DNA of 64,000 nt, from positions 7,578 through 71,577 of the IMG/VR virus record IMGVR_UViG_3300037462_000758; one strand, written 5' to 3'. Positions within the stretch are counted from its first letter, which is position 1. Every line of letters begins with the position of its first letter. This document shows, in pieces, positions 40,352-49,402 of the stretch. Origin of the DNA: a virus. Under the pieces are notes generated by a model. The model was not told where the DNA came from. It saw only the letters and a program-made list of their open reading frames with translations, and ran no database searches. Made by a program: the position numbers and the translations under genes.

Positions 40352-41498
40352 GCGGTTTGTCTCCTGCTTTTAAGCGCTCTGTCAGATAGTCAAGGGCGTA
40401 AAGAGCGCTTGTGCGGTCGTGTGGTCGGTCGTTTTGTGTGCATTGGTCAAGGTAGTCAGACCAGACATCATTGAAATTTCCAATGCCTCGTAGTAGTGTG
40501 GGAATGTCGTTCACATTCAGGCTGTATGCGGGTTTTCGGCTTGCGCTACCTCGCTCGTTCATTTCCCAGTCACGGAATTGTTTTTGCCAATTTGAAACCG
40601 GGTATGGAGTTCCGTTTTTGGGAACAATGTGCCATGGTGGGTTGGTGTGTTGGTAGTATTCCCAAAACTTTTCAGCAAGTAAACTGGTTGCAAAAGCTTT
40701 TCCTGCCATTGTGCGAAGATGCTCTGCGTAGGCTTGTACCTCCGCAAGAGAAGTTGGGCGGTTGACTGTTCGGAGAGGTTGTGATGTGGCAGCAATCGAA
40801 GTTTGCTCCTCGCGCACGTGCGCGTGTAGAGGTAGTAGTTTATCCTCTTCTTCTTCCTTCTCCTTATTCCCCCCCTGTTTTTGGGGTGAAAATTCGCTTG
40901 TTTTTTGTGAGGGTATCATTTCGTCAAAGCCGCCATTTTCTGCCGTTTCTTCATCCAAAAGGGGAGCGGAAAAGGGGGTAGAAAACCCCTGCGAAAAGGG
41001 TGGTGAAAAGTCCTGTGAAAAGGGTGTATTTTTTACCCCTTTTAATTCTCCTTTTAGTTCCCCTTTTTTGCCCCCTTTTAGCTCCCCTTTTTCACCCCCC
41101 TTTTGGTTGGGGTTTTCTTCGGAAGAAAAAGAATGAAGGTTTGGCAAGGTTTCTGGGGAATTTTGAGTAATCGGGTACAAAATGTTGTACAGTGCTTCGC
41201 ATCCGTTTTGCACCGGAAAACACAGAAGGTGAAAAATGTATGGCTTTCCACGCCCAAGCTGGTGCGTGGCATGAATAACCTTCGCATCCATAAGCGCTTG
41301 ACGTGCTTTTTGGAAACAGTCTTCGGAGATTTGGAGGGGGGTAATAATATCAACAATGCGTAGCTCGAAGGGATTTTTTTCCCATTCCGCTTCGTTGCAA
41401 TGTTGAAGGAGAAACCAGAACATAGCGATTGCATCGGCATCAAGGCTGTATGCACGTGCTTTTCGCCAAAACCAGTTCATTGTGTCGAACAGTTTCAT
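40161..41498 (-). CDS. Replication initiator (lambda O-like organisation)
   Basis: N-terminal wHTH-like region, internal repeat tract, P.L.EV..Y / F..YY...W...NW motif; upstream of loader. Confidence 0.75.
   Translation of the reverse strand: MKLFDTMNWFWRKARAYSLDADAIAMFWFLLQHCNEAEWEKNPFELRIVDIITPLQISEDCFQKARQALMDAKVIHATHQLGRGKPYIFHLLCFPVQNGCEALYNILYPITQNSPETLPNLHSFSSEENPNQKGGEKGELKGGKKGELKGELKGVKNTPFSQDFSPPFSQGFSTPFSAPLLDEETAENGGFDEMIPSQKTSEFSPQKQGGNKEKEEEEDKLLPLHAHVREEQTSIAATSQPLRTVNRPTSLAEVQAYAEHLRTMAGKAFATSLLAEKFWEYYQHTNPPWHIVPKNGTPYPVSNWQKQFRDWEMNERGSASRKPAYSLNVNDIPTLLRGIGNFNDVWSDYLDQCTQNDRPHDRTSALYALDYLTERLKAGDKPLEILQTAIRNQRKEFWNGTKNTYGSRSEAASRPSGKNNGNNRGKPKPITNTGSEPPEESIEIS
40957..41104. 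repeat. Putative origin: 12-bp-periodic iterons in two opposed arrays inside the initiator gene
   Basis: GAAAAG/C units at about 40970, 40982, 40994, 41006, 41018, then CCTTTT units in mirror orientation. Confidence 0.65.
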
Positions 41499-41550
41499 GC
41501 GAACTCCTGAATGTGAAACCACATTAGCGAAGCGGTTTTCGTGCAGACCT

Positions 41551-41591
41551 TGAAATATGCGGCTCTTGTAGGCGCAAGAGCCGCTATTTCA
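41551..41591. promoter_or_regulatory. Strong hairpin upstream of initiator gene
   Basis: TGAAATA-t-GCGGCTCTTG / CAAGAGCCGC-TATTTCA. Confidence 0.55.
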
Positions 41592-41738
41592 GCTTCGTAT
41601 GTGATTGTTCTTTGGGGACGGCAAAATACAATAACCATACAGGCTTAACAATATGTGAAGTGCAAATATGGGTGTTTAGTTTCCCAATAGTGTTTTTGGG
41701 TGTGCAAACGGTGTTATTTTGTTTTCCAAAACTCGTTC

Positions 41739-42536
41739 CTACGACGGAGCAACAATTTCTGAATTTTGCGGCAATCGAGGAGCATCATAGCGCAGTTGTT
41801 CTATTTTTTCAGCAGTTATCATACCGCGAATGTTCTGCCCTGCCTCGTAAAACTCTGCCAGCATAGCAATATTCTCCGGCGACAGCACAGGTATTAACTT
41901 GACCACAGGAAAGGTGTTATTGCTGTCCGGTTTGTTACTTTTTACTTTTTCAACCGACAGTTCAAACGGAATGTTCTGAACATAGCCTACTTCAGATAAC
42001 ACTTTATCAAACATTGCCGTAATTTGTGGAATTGTGCTGTGCCGAGCGCGAGAGGTAAACTTCCACAAACCGTAAATGTTATTCACTCGCGGCATGAGGA
42101 ACTTTAAGCGGAGTTCGATACTATCGGTAGCATCGGGGAAACGCTCTTTGATAATGTCGTAGCTCCATGGACCAAAAACGTACTCACCTTTTTGCCGTGA
42201 CCAAACTTTCCAAGACTGACCGTCGCCTTCAGCCAGCAATCTTCCGCCGCGGTCTCGAAAAGTGTAAGCACAGTTGCAGTACTCACGAACTTCGTTGCCG
42301 GGAAAGATTATCTGAATTGATGACGGAGTAGGTCCGTACACGTCGGTAAAATAGGAAGCATACCGTCCTGTTGCCCGAAAGAAATCCAGCGAAACGGGAT
42401 ACTCTTTTCCGGCAGCCGTTGTGCGCTTATCACCGACGCTGATAGTGCCGATAATTGGTATTGTCGCTTGCATTTGTGCCGTTTCAGGCAGAGCGCTGTT
42501 GAGTAAGCGCCCAGAAGGTTGATGTTCTTGGCTCAT
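41739..42536 (-). CDS. Gp3-like (recombination-associated) phage protein
   Basis: IG.I.VG.K......YP..LD.FR, GDG, L.F..P....G.W...S pattern; next to exonuclease. Confidence 0.6.
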   Translation of the reverse strand: MSQEHQPSGRLLNSALPETAQMQATIPIIGTISVGDKRTTAAGKEYPVSLDFFRATGRYASYFTDVYGPTPSSIQIIFPGNEVREYCNCAYTFRDRGGRLLAEGDGQSWKVWSRQKGEYVFGPWSYDIIKERFPDATDSIELRLKFLMPRVNNIYGLWKFTSRARHSTIPQITAMFDKVLSEVGYVQNIPFELSVEKVKSNKPDSNNTFPVVKLIPVLSPENIAMLAEFYEAGQNIRGMITAEKIEQLRYDAPRLPQNSEIVAPS

Positions 42537-42835
42537 ACTCCACCTCGTTCCGCTTGGTGTTGTGCTGCAGTAAAACGTGCAAGAATGTTTTTCCCTGCCT
42601 CACTTGCCATATCTAACGTTTCTGATACCGCAAAATGCTTGAGAAGATGCTCTGTTGCTGCTTCAAACATAGGTAGAGCGCTAATGCGCCTTGCCAAAAA
42701 CAGGTTTTCAACGTTGCTCTTTGAACAGCAAAGAACAAGAACCGTTTGCGTCTCAGCTTCAAGCACTGCAATATGCGACTTGATAGCAAGAAATTGGGGC
42801 GTTACGTGAAAAACGCCCGTTGTTAAATTCATCAT
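42533..42835 (-). CDS. Hypothetical protein
   Basis: AGGAGG upstream of ATG. Confidence 0.55.
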   Translation of the reverse strand: MMNLTTGVFHVTPQFLAIKSHIAVLEAETQTVLVLCCSKSNVENLFLARRISALPMFEAATEHLLKHFAVSETLDMASEAGKNILARFTAAQHQAERGGV

Positions 42836-42845
42836 TTGTTCCTCC

Positions 42846-43964
42846 TTAATTTTGTGTAAATAAAGAGGACGTTTCGATTTTTTCAGCCTCGTCCTGTTGA
42901 GGTGTTTCATTTTCCAACACCATATTGGCACTCTGAAATGAAGTTGCAAAGCGCTGTTCTCGCGGGGTCATAATGCCTTGCGATTCCCATTCCCGGCGCA
43001 GTTCATTCAAAACCGAATGTTTGCGAATAACGTTCTCCGGAGCGGGCTTACCAAGTTCCAACAATCCAGCAAATTCGGTGTTCTGTACAGGTGGTTTGGC
43101 ATAGCGCAACGAAAATTTCTGGCAATGCAGAAACATTTCTTCGGTCGAGGATTTTCCTGTCTGTTCGGTAAAAAGGTATCCGGGTTCTGAAACCCAATTT
43201 TTTGGGGACCAGTTAAAGCAGCGTTTCACAGGCAGTTCGGGAAAATTCTCATTCCACAATGTTTTGTAGAATGCATCTACCTGTAATTCATGCTCCTCAT
43301 AAAAACCGTGTCTGCCTGACTTAAAGTCAATCAAGCAGACTTCGCGGCGCTCTTGCTTGCTTTCCTTTGGTTCGCCTTTCCTGTCACCTGTTTTATAGAC
43401 CTCACCAAAAAAGCCTTTTTCTGTAAAGGTTGCTTCACAAACAAGGTCTATTGCTCCGCCAAACTTGTACATATTCGACACGAGCGGCATTTCGATTGCG
43501 ATTGGTTCAATTTGGTAGTCTGTTGCAAAAGTGTGAAAAGCCAACAAATCTTGCCACAGGCGCATTTGCCATGTATCAGTATTGTAGGTGATGCGGTGTT
43601 CAGTACGGTACTGCTCTATGAGCATTGGTACTGCACTCAGATTAAGTTTCCGCGAAGTGAGGTAGGTTGCAACAGCAATGTGCATCAATGTTCCGTAGTC
43701 CGCAGCTTCCGTTTTTATCTCTTCGGCACGTTCCCAACCATGTTCCACGTACCATTTGAGCAAATGATACGGCATTTTACTGGTGTTTTTTATGATTGTC
43801 GTAACAGAGGGAACATAGACAAGATCAGTGCGGTCGTTACTGAGCGAGATGTAATAGCGCCCGTCGTTTGTTTCAACACGGCGTACAGGCATAGGCTGAG
43901 TACGGAGCGCCTTGTCGTTGAAATACAGCGCCATTACTTGTTCGGCAGTTAGAGTGTTCATCAT
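42846..43964 (-). CDS. PD-(D/E)XK exonuclease-like protein
   Basis: PSVTTI, GT.MH, E.P, GG.ID, IDFKSG, LQ..Y. Confidence 0.8.
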   Translation of the reverse strand: MMNTLTAEQVMALYFNDKALRTQPMPVRRVETNDGRYYISLSNDRTDLVYVPSVTTIIKNTSKMPYHLLKWYVEHGWERAEEIKTEAADYGTLMHIAVATYLTSRKLNLSAVPMLIEQYRTEHRITYNTDTWQMRLWQDLLAFHTFATDYQIEPIAIEMPLVSNMYKFGGAIDLVCEATFTEKGFFGEVYKTGDRKGEPKESKQERREVCLIDFKSGRHGFYEEHELQVDAFYKTLWNENFPELPVKRCFNWSPKNWVSEPGYLFTEQTGKSSTEEMFLHCQKFSLRYAKPPVQNTEFAGLLELGKPAPENVIRKHSVLNELRREWESQGIMTPREQRFATSFQSANMVLENETPQQDEAEKIETSSLFTQN

Positions 43965-44572
43965 GCCACACCTCCTGCCTGAATAAGTGCTATTTGCCGA
44001 TTTTGCAATTCCGCAAAACCGTTTAGAACGCGGTTTTGTTGAATGGTAATATAGCCGGTGTGAATTGCCTCGACAAACTCCAATACGATAGCCTCAATGG
44101 CTTGTCGTGTTCCAGCAATGGCGCAAAACTCTAAGTTCAGTTTACTAAGATCATAATCAACGACCATGTGGGAAACAGTACGATGAACGGAGATAACAAC
44201 AGCACCATACACACCAAAGCTAACAGCCATTGTGCTGTGTTGAATCGAAGAAGTATTTTGGGAAGAAAGTGTAGAAGGGCTGGGCAAAGCGGGTATCATT
44301 TCTTGAATATCCTCAATCATGGAATTCAAGAAACTGTCAAGTTGGCGCTGAAGGTACGGGTTGGAGGTGCGGTTACGCTGGGAAAGCGCGTTTTGGTAGA
44401 TGTGAAGTTTGCGAAGAACGTCCTCAAAGGGTTCAGGAGAGGAGTTTTCCACAGGTGGGAGTTTTTGGGCTTGTTTTGCGGGTAAAGGGACAAGCCGTAA
44501 GCGCTTGTTATTGCGCAGCTTGCGGGAACGGTGTTGCATAACACCGCCGCAATGGTTAAATTGCGTTTGCAT
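43961..44572 (-). CDS. Hypothetical protein, first gene of early operon
   Basis: 203-aa ORF overlapping exonuclease start. Confidence 0.55.
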   Translation of the reverse strand: MQTQFNHCGGVMQHRSRKLRNNKRLRLVPLPAKQAQKLPPVENSSPEPFEDVLRKLHIYQNALSQRNRTSNPYLQRQLDSFLNSMIEDIQEMIPALPSPSTLSSQNTSSIQHSTMAVSFGVYGAVVISVHRTVSHMVVDYDLSKLNLEFCAIAGTRQAIEAIVLEFVEAIHTGYITIQQNRVLNGFAELQNRQIALIQAGGVA

Positions 44573-44666
44573 TTGAATACGCCTTTCTCGTTTAGAAGGT
44601 TTTTCATTCGCCGCTGCTTGGAGTACCAGTCCAACCGCGGCTTTTTTTTTGTCGTTTACAACTTAC

Positions 44667-44698
44667 AAAAAAGTATTTGAAACTTCAAATACTTTTTT
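44667..44698. promoter_or_regulatory. Palindromic operator-like site, copy 1
   Basis: AAAAAGTATTTGA-aact-TCAAATACTTTTT. Confidence 0.65.
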
Positions 44699-44943
44699 TA
44701 GCTGTCCTGAATTTTTTTTCTTGGTCTCCCTGTTACGTTATTTGCAGCTGTTTTTTTGTACTCAAGAATTTTCAATAAGGATGAGTGTGTGTACATAGTC
44801 GTTTTTCCCTCATAATACCAATCCTGCCCTTTCACACCAGCAATTCCCTTCAATCGAAGTTGACTGAGTCTTCCGAGCGTGTAATTGGTCTTTTCGGCTA
44901 TTTCTGAAGCGCGATATAGTATTTGTTGTGTCGTCGGTTGCAT
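44698..44943 (-). CDS. Small winged-helix (MerR/Xis-like) DNA-binding protein
   Basis: YRASEIAEKT...GRLSQLR..G...G.DW......Y...L; GRPRK AT-hook-like tail. Confidence 0.65.
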   Translation of the reverse strand: MQPTTQQILYRASEIAEKTNYTLGRLSQLRLKGIAGVKGQDWYYEGKTTMYTHSSLLKILEYKKTAANNVTGRPRKKIQDS

Positions 44944-44958
44944 AGTAATTTTCGTGTG

Positions 44959-45393
44959 TTATCGAAAATGTTTGTGAAGAATCACAAGAGAATCAACATT
45001 TTTGAAAAAGGTCATAACTTTGCGAGGCTCTTTTTTTTTGGGTGGAATCAAGAGTGGAACAAGCATTACTGAATCTCTACCAAATAACCCAGTAACATAA
45101 AAAGCAATCCGCAAACTATCTACGGTGAACGGGGTTTGATTGTCAATTGAAAAATGAATCTCATCACCTTCTCTACTTCTGCGAAAACGAACAATCGAAT
45201 CAAGTTTTACAGTGAAGTATTTTTCGGGGTTCAGCCGTGCCAAACTGTCGTGCTGCTCAACTTTCCTCTGTTCTGCCCGTTCCCATGCTGTGCGTAGGAT
45301 GTCTTGACGTTGTTGCTCCTCTTTGGAAGGCGAGCAGCAAAGAAGGAAACAACCAAAACAGTAACCCAAAATCCACGCTCTTAACGCTTTCAT
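44959..45393 (-). CDS. Predicted lipoprotein
   Basis: LLCC lipobox-like signal; Ig-like beta C-terminal domain. Confidence 0.6.
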   Translation of the reverse strand: MKALRAWILGYCFGCFLLCCSPSKEEQQRQDILRTAWERAEQRKVEQHDSLARLNPEKYFTVKLDSIVRFRRSREGDEIHFSIDNQTPFTVDSLRIAFYVTGLFGRDSVMLVPLLIPPKKKEPRKVMTFFKNVDSLVILHKHFR

Positions 45394-45794
45394 GGTCTCA
45401 CCACCTCACCATCACTCACCCTGCCCCATCCAACAGATTGTACTACTGTGCCAGAGGGGTTGATGAGATACAACGAGTCACCGTCATTGTTCAGCCAAGC
45501 GCGGTCGAAGGGAAAGGTTGTGGTTTGCCATGTTGCTTTAGCACCAATGCTGGTTGCTGTCGTAGTTACAGCAAACGGCATACCGATACCACGAGAGCGA
45601 AATTGCCAGCCTGTGAGCGAAATTCCTGCGTTGCTGGTGTTTTCAAGGGTTATTGCTTCCTTGTATTTATCCTCTCCAACTGGGTTAGGGAGAACTTCGG
45701 CAATGCGTAATCCTCCTTGCGGCTGAACACCATTGGTATCGGTAGAATTACTGCAACCTAAAAAGAGAAATAATATCGGTAGAAAGCGTCTCAT
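45390..45794 (-). CDS. Lamin-tail-domain lipoprotein
   Basis: FLGC lipobox; I.EV.PNP.G.D...E.I.L.N.....L.GW, LNN.GD...L....G..V. Confidence 0.85.
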   Translation of the reverse strand: MRRFLPILFLFLGCSNSTDTNGVQPQGGLRIAEVLPNPVGEDKYKEAITLENTSNAGISLTGWQFRSRGIGMPFAVTTTATSIGAKATWQTTTFPFDRAWLNNDGDSLYLINPSGTVVQSVGWGRVSDGEVVRP

Positions 45795-45956
45795 AGTTGG
45801 CTTATTTCGGTTTATAGTCTTTTCGCTTAAAATACTCACTCAAAAACGATGTAAGGCTTTCGAGCGAGGTAAATACTAATTCTTCCGGGTGTTCACTTTT
45901 GGGTGACGTAATTGTAACGAGAAAGCCGTTTTGTACCTCGCGGATAAGTATTTCCT

Positions 45957-46736
45957 TCATACTGAAAATTCCTCAGGCATGGTTTCTTCGTCTGTATTTA
46001 TGACTTCAATGAGATCTTCGGAAAGAATAGGAACATAGAGGTCAATTTCCGACGATGCTTTTCCTGTCCTGTAAAAATTTAGCGCCTCTTCTCTTGAATG
46101 AGCAACATTTCCTCGTATAGTTGTTTTAGCAGTTTCGCCGAGCAGTTGCTTCAATAAAACCTCTCTGCGTTGAATAAGAATTGGTTCAACAGCAACACCA
46201 AATTCGTCAATGGCATTATAGAAAAAGCAGTTTTTGCTGCTAATACTACACTTCAAGGTGGTAGATGAACATCTACTATATCGAATATGTAACTCAGTAT
46301 CTGATTTATGCCTCATACTGCGAAAAATTGCTGAGACATAAGGCAAAATCATGCACGATGGAATAAATTCCGCAGGAACATCATCTAAGGCAATACTGTA
46401 TTTGACCATAATGTTTTTGGTGTTCCGAACTTCATGCACCATTAAATGAAGAGCAGCTTGCAATAGCTGGAAATCATTTTCAATTGTCGTTTCAAAGCGT
46501 CGTATTGCTCTGTGGGCAAGATTGATATACCTTCCCATCAATTCAATTTCTTGAGAAATTTCACCATCTTTTTCTCGTAATAATTCACCATAAGCAGTTG
46601 AGAAGTGCGAAACAATTTTTTGTGGTGGCAACGTTAGTTCCAGATTGCCTAAGCGCCACTCCATGAGAATATTTTTCCGCTCCAGAGTTTCAAGAATCGC
46701 CCCGATTGGTGTGCCATAAAAAACAGAGTTTCCCAT
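45957..46736 (-). CDS. Degenerate LytS/YehU-type histidine kinase cytoplasmic domain (pseudokinase)
   Basis: Follows the LytS template (Y.I..D, IP..MI.P.V, L.C.I, R..LL) but lacks H-box His, N-box and G1 residues; no TM. Confidence 0.6.
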   Translation of the reverse strand: MGNSVFYGTPIGAILETLERKNILMEWRLGNLELTLPPQKIVSHFSTAYGELLREKDGEISQEIELMGRYINLAHRAIRRFETTIENDFQLLQAALHLMVHEVRNTKNIMVKYSIALDDVPAEFIPSCMILPYVSAIFRSMRHKSDTELHIRYSRCSSTTLKCSISSKNCFFYNAIDEFGVAVEPILIQRREVLLKQLLGETAKTTIRGNVAHSREEALNFYRTGKASSEIDLYVPILSEDLIEVINTDEETMPEEFSV

Positions 46737-46806
46737 AGAAATAGTGCCTGATTGCGGTATTGGGATGTGGTATATCGCAAAGATACACTTTTTTCTGAAT
46801 GAGCAA

Positions 46807-46836
46807 AAAAAGTATTTGAAATATCAAATACTTTTT
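46807..46836. promoter_or_regulatory. Palindromic operator-like site, copy 2, in leftward promoter
   Basis: AAAAAGTATTTGA-aata-TCAAATACTTTTT; TATCTTTG on minus strand near 46778-46785. Confidence 0.65.
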
Positions 46837-46894
46837 GCTTTCCCTTGAAGAGTTGTTTATTTTTGTCGCAGCAGCATGGTTTTTCCTTCAACAT

Positions 46895-46923
46895 AAAAAC
46901 ATGAGACATTGTCTCTAGTTTTT
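46895..46923. repeat. parS-like palindrome, copy 1 (upstream of parA)
   Basis: AAAAACATGAGACA-T-TGTCTCTAGTTTTT. Confidence 0.7.
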
Positions 46924-47062
46924 CTCACTTCGTACCGCAATTTATACCAATACTTTTTCTATTGTAATTCTTTTGTCTTCGTGGCAAAAGAACGTGCAGG
47001 GGTATGTTTCCTCCCAACTCAGTAGCTAAATTTCACTACTTATCACAATCCATCCTCGAACT

Positions 47063-47791
47063 ATGGCAAAACGTTCCACAACGGCAGTCAGCACGAAAAT
47101 CGTTGCGATTGTCAATAACAAAGGCGGTGTTGGGAAGACGACTGCGACGGTACACATCGGTCACGCACTCGCGCAACTTGGTCATTCTGTCCTCTGCGTG
47201 GACATGGACGAGCAAGCAAATTTGGTGCAGTATTTTTTTAGCCGACGCAAAGTCAATCAACTGAAACAGGCACAAAATGGTGTACCACTGCCCGTTGAAA
47301 AACATGAAGGTACTAATGTTGATGTATTGATGCTGTCATCCTATATCGGCGTAAAGGACGATTATGTTGCAGCTATTAAACAATATGAAGGGAAGTATGA
47401 CTACATACTTTTAGATTCGCCTCCTGCGTTGGATGAGCGTACACACGCTTGTCTTGCTGCTTCAACAGGTATGCTTATCCCTACTGAAGCAGGAGCGCTG
47501 GCATTCTCCGGCACAGCGACACTCATAGCACTTGCGGAAGAGTACGGTACAGCTCTTTACGGTATTTTTCTGAATCTCTACGATGATAGAGTTTCAACGC
47601 AACGAGCATTTTACAGCACATATCAGACAAATTTTGCGGAGCAATTTCTTCCTATTGTCGTTAATCGAAATGCAATTTTCCCTAATTCTGCTATGCGTAG
47701 TATCACAGGTTTTGATTACAAAAAGAATGGGCATAAAGATTTGAGCGCCTACAAAACCATTGCTGAAATTGTTGTGAAAGGGGGAGTATAA
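47063..47791 (+). CDS. parA: ParA partition ATPase
   Basis: NNKGGVGKTT, VDMD.QAN, YDYILLDSPP. Confidence 0.95.
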   Translation: MAKRSTTAVSTKIVAIVNNKGGVGKTTATVHIGHALAQLGHSVLCVDMDEQANLVQYFFSRRKVNQLKQAQNGVPLPVEKHEGTNVDVLMLSSYIGVKDDYVAAIKQYEGKYDYILLDSPPALDERTHACLAASTGMLIPTEAGALAFSGTATLIALAEEYGTALYGIFLNLYDDRVSTQRAFYSTYQTNFAEQFLPIVVNRNAIFPNSAMRSITGFDYKKNGHKDLSAYKTIAEIVVKGGV

Positions 47792-48594
47792 TGGCTAGAA
47801 AATTTGTCCCCGACGTTTCGGCAGATTTAGAAGTGTTGCCGAGCGCCAAGCGCCGTACTATAGCAATGAGTGAAATCAAGCAAATAAAGCCTGAGGAACT
47901 AAGAAGCAATAAGTTAAACGAAACGTTGTTCGATGCTGAAGATAGTGCGCACTTGCAAATGCTGCAGGAGGATGTTCGCAAGCGGGGTATCCTTGTACCG
48001 CTTATTGCAAAACGTGACGGAACGCTTCTTGCAGGACATAACCGTTTGCAAATTGCCCTTGCGCTCAAACTGCACTTAGTGCCAGTTCAATACGTGCAGG
48101 AAACACTTTCGGAAGAAGCAGAGCGCGAGTTTATCATCAAAGATAATCTTTTGCGTCGGCAACTTTCCAGCGAAAAAAAGATGAGCCTTTACAAGCAATT
48201 GTACCCTGATTTTGAAGAAACGTTTTTGAGTAGTACAAACAAGGGTGGCAGGACAAAGAAAGACGACATAAATCGTCTCACTATTGCAAAAGTTGCTGAA
48301 GATACCGGGCAAAAGGAAACTGCAGTACGAAAGCAAATTCAGAGGCATAAAGAGATTGAGAAAAACAAAACTAACGGTGTAAAAACTAGAGACAATGTCT
48401 CTGGTTTTTCGGATGATGAAAACAAGCATTCTATAAAAACTAGAGACAATGTCTCTAGTTTTTCAGAACAAGAAATGAGTAGCGAATCACAATTGATTAC
48501 AACCACAAAACAACTCTTGGCAATGTTCAAAGAAGCCAGCGAACAAGAGCGTGAACAGGCGAGGGAAATGCTTCGTAAAGCGGCTATTGCGTAA
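47791..48594 (+). CDS. parB: ParB partition protein
   Basis: GILVPL, LAGHNR, DNL.RRQLS, HTH (IAKVAEDTG..E.AVR). Confidence 0.85.
   Translation: MARKFVPDVSADLEVLPSAKRRTIAMSEIKQIKPEELRSNKLNETLFDAEDSAHLQMLQEDVRKRGILVPLIAKRDGTLLAGHNRLQIALALKLHLVPVQYVQETLSEEAEREFIIKDNLLRRQLSSEKKMSLYKQLYPDFEETFLSSTNKGGRTKKDDINRLTIAKVAEDTGQKETAVRKQIQRHKEIEKNKTNGVKTRDNVSGFSDDENKHSIKTRDNVSSFSEQEMSSESQLITTTKQLLAMFKEASEQEREQAREMLRKAAIA
48381..48463. repeat. parS-like palindromes, copies 2 and 3, inside parB
   Basis: AAAAACTAGAGACA-A-TGTCTCT(G/A)GTTTTT at 48381-48409 and 48435-48463. Confidence 0.75.
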
Positions 48595-48690
48595 AGCGGT
48601 AGCAAGTTGTTAGTGCATGAGGAAATGTTGTAAAAAGTGAGGAATAATGAGTAAGTTTGCGCTTCTTATTCCTTCTTTTTACACTATTTT

Positions 48691-49398
48691 TTGAGGTTCT
48701 CTGTGAATATTCTCGCTGCCATGTATTTGGCAATCGTATTTTGTGTCGCCCCGATGTTTGCTCAAAGTGCTGCTACACTTGAGCGCCCAAATAAGGCAAC
48801 GTATCACATCATTTCTCAAGTTGAGGCGAAAGAGATGATTGCTCGGTATCAGTCTATCAACCCGTTCAAATCATGGGCGTTCCACGCAGGAACACTTCCT
48901 GCCCCAATGCTGCAAACCCTGCTTTCACAGCCTGCTGCGGCATCGCTAGGGTACTACTATGCTTTGACAAGCGAAGGAAAACCGCAAATGATTTTTGTTG
49001 CAAGAACAGAGGAAGGAAACGATATTTTCTCCTCTAACGGCATCTTTACAGCGAACTATAATAATTCACCGCAAGAAGTTACTCCAGAGAACTTTCTTAC
49101 TGTGGAACAGGCGAAGCAGATGATAAAAAATTACCAAGCAAGTGCTGCCTTCAAAATACTTGGAAAACGCTCCGGTGGGGCGATGTTCAAGGAATCGGTG
49201 TTGAGTCTTTTACAACAGAGAGACGTTGCCGCTGCACGGTTTTACTTTGCGCTCGGTGCTGACAATGAACCCCGTATGGTAATGCTAGGTACGAACTCAA
49301 CAGGCACGATTGAGAACTCAGAAATGCTTTTAGATCGCGATTTTTGCCCGCCTTTTTGTAGTGGCGGTGGAAGCAGTTTGCAAACACTTGACCGATAG
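48691..49398 (+). CDS. Secreted tandem-domain protein with C-terminal CPPFC motif
   Basis: Signal peptide (..PMFA/Q); two copies of I/L...AK.MI..YQ...LL.Q..AA...Y.AL...G.P.M; TAAGTTTG promoter box at 48652. Confidence 0.8.
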   Translation: MRFSVNILAAMYLAIVFCVAPMFAQSAATLERPNKATYHIISQVEAKEMIARYQSINPFKSWAFHAGTLPAPMLQTLLSQPAAASLGYYYALTSEGKPQMIFVARTEEGNDIFSSNGIFTANYNNSPQEVTPENFLTVEQAKQMIKNYQASAAFKILGKRSGGAMFKESVLSLLQQRDVAAARFYFALGADNEPRMVMLGTNSTGTIENSEMLLDRDFCPPFCSGGGSSLQTLDR

Positions 49399-49402
49399 TT
49401 AT

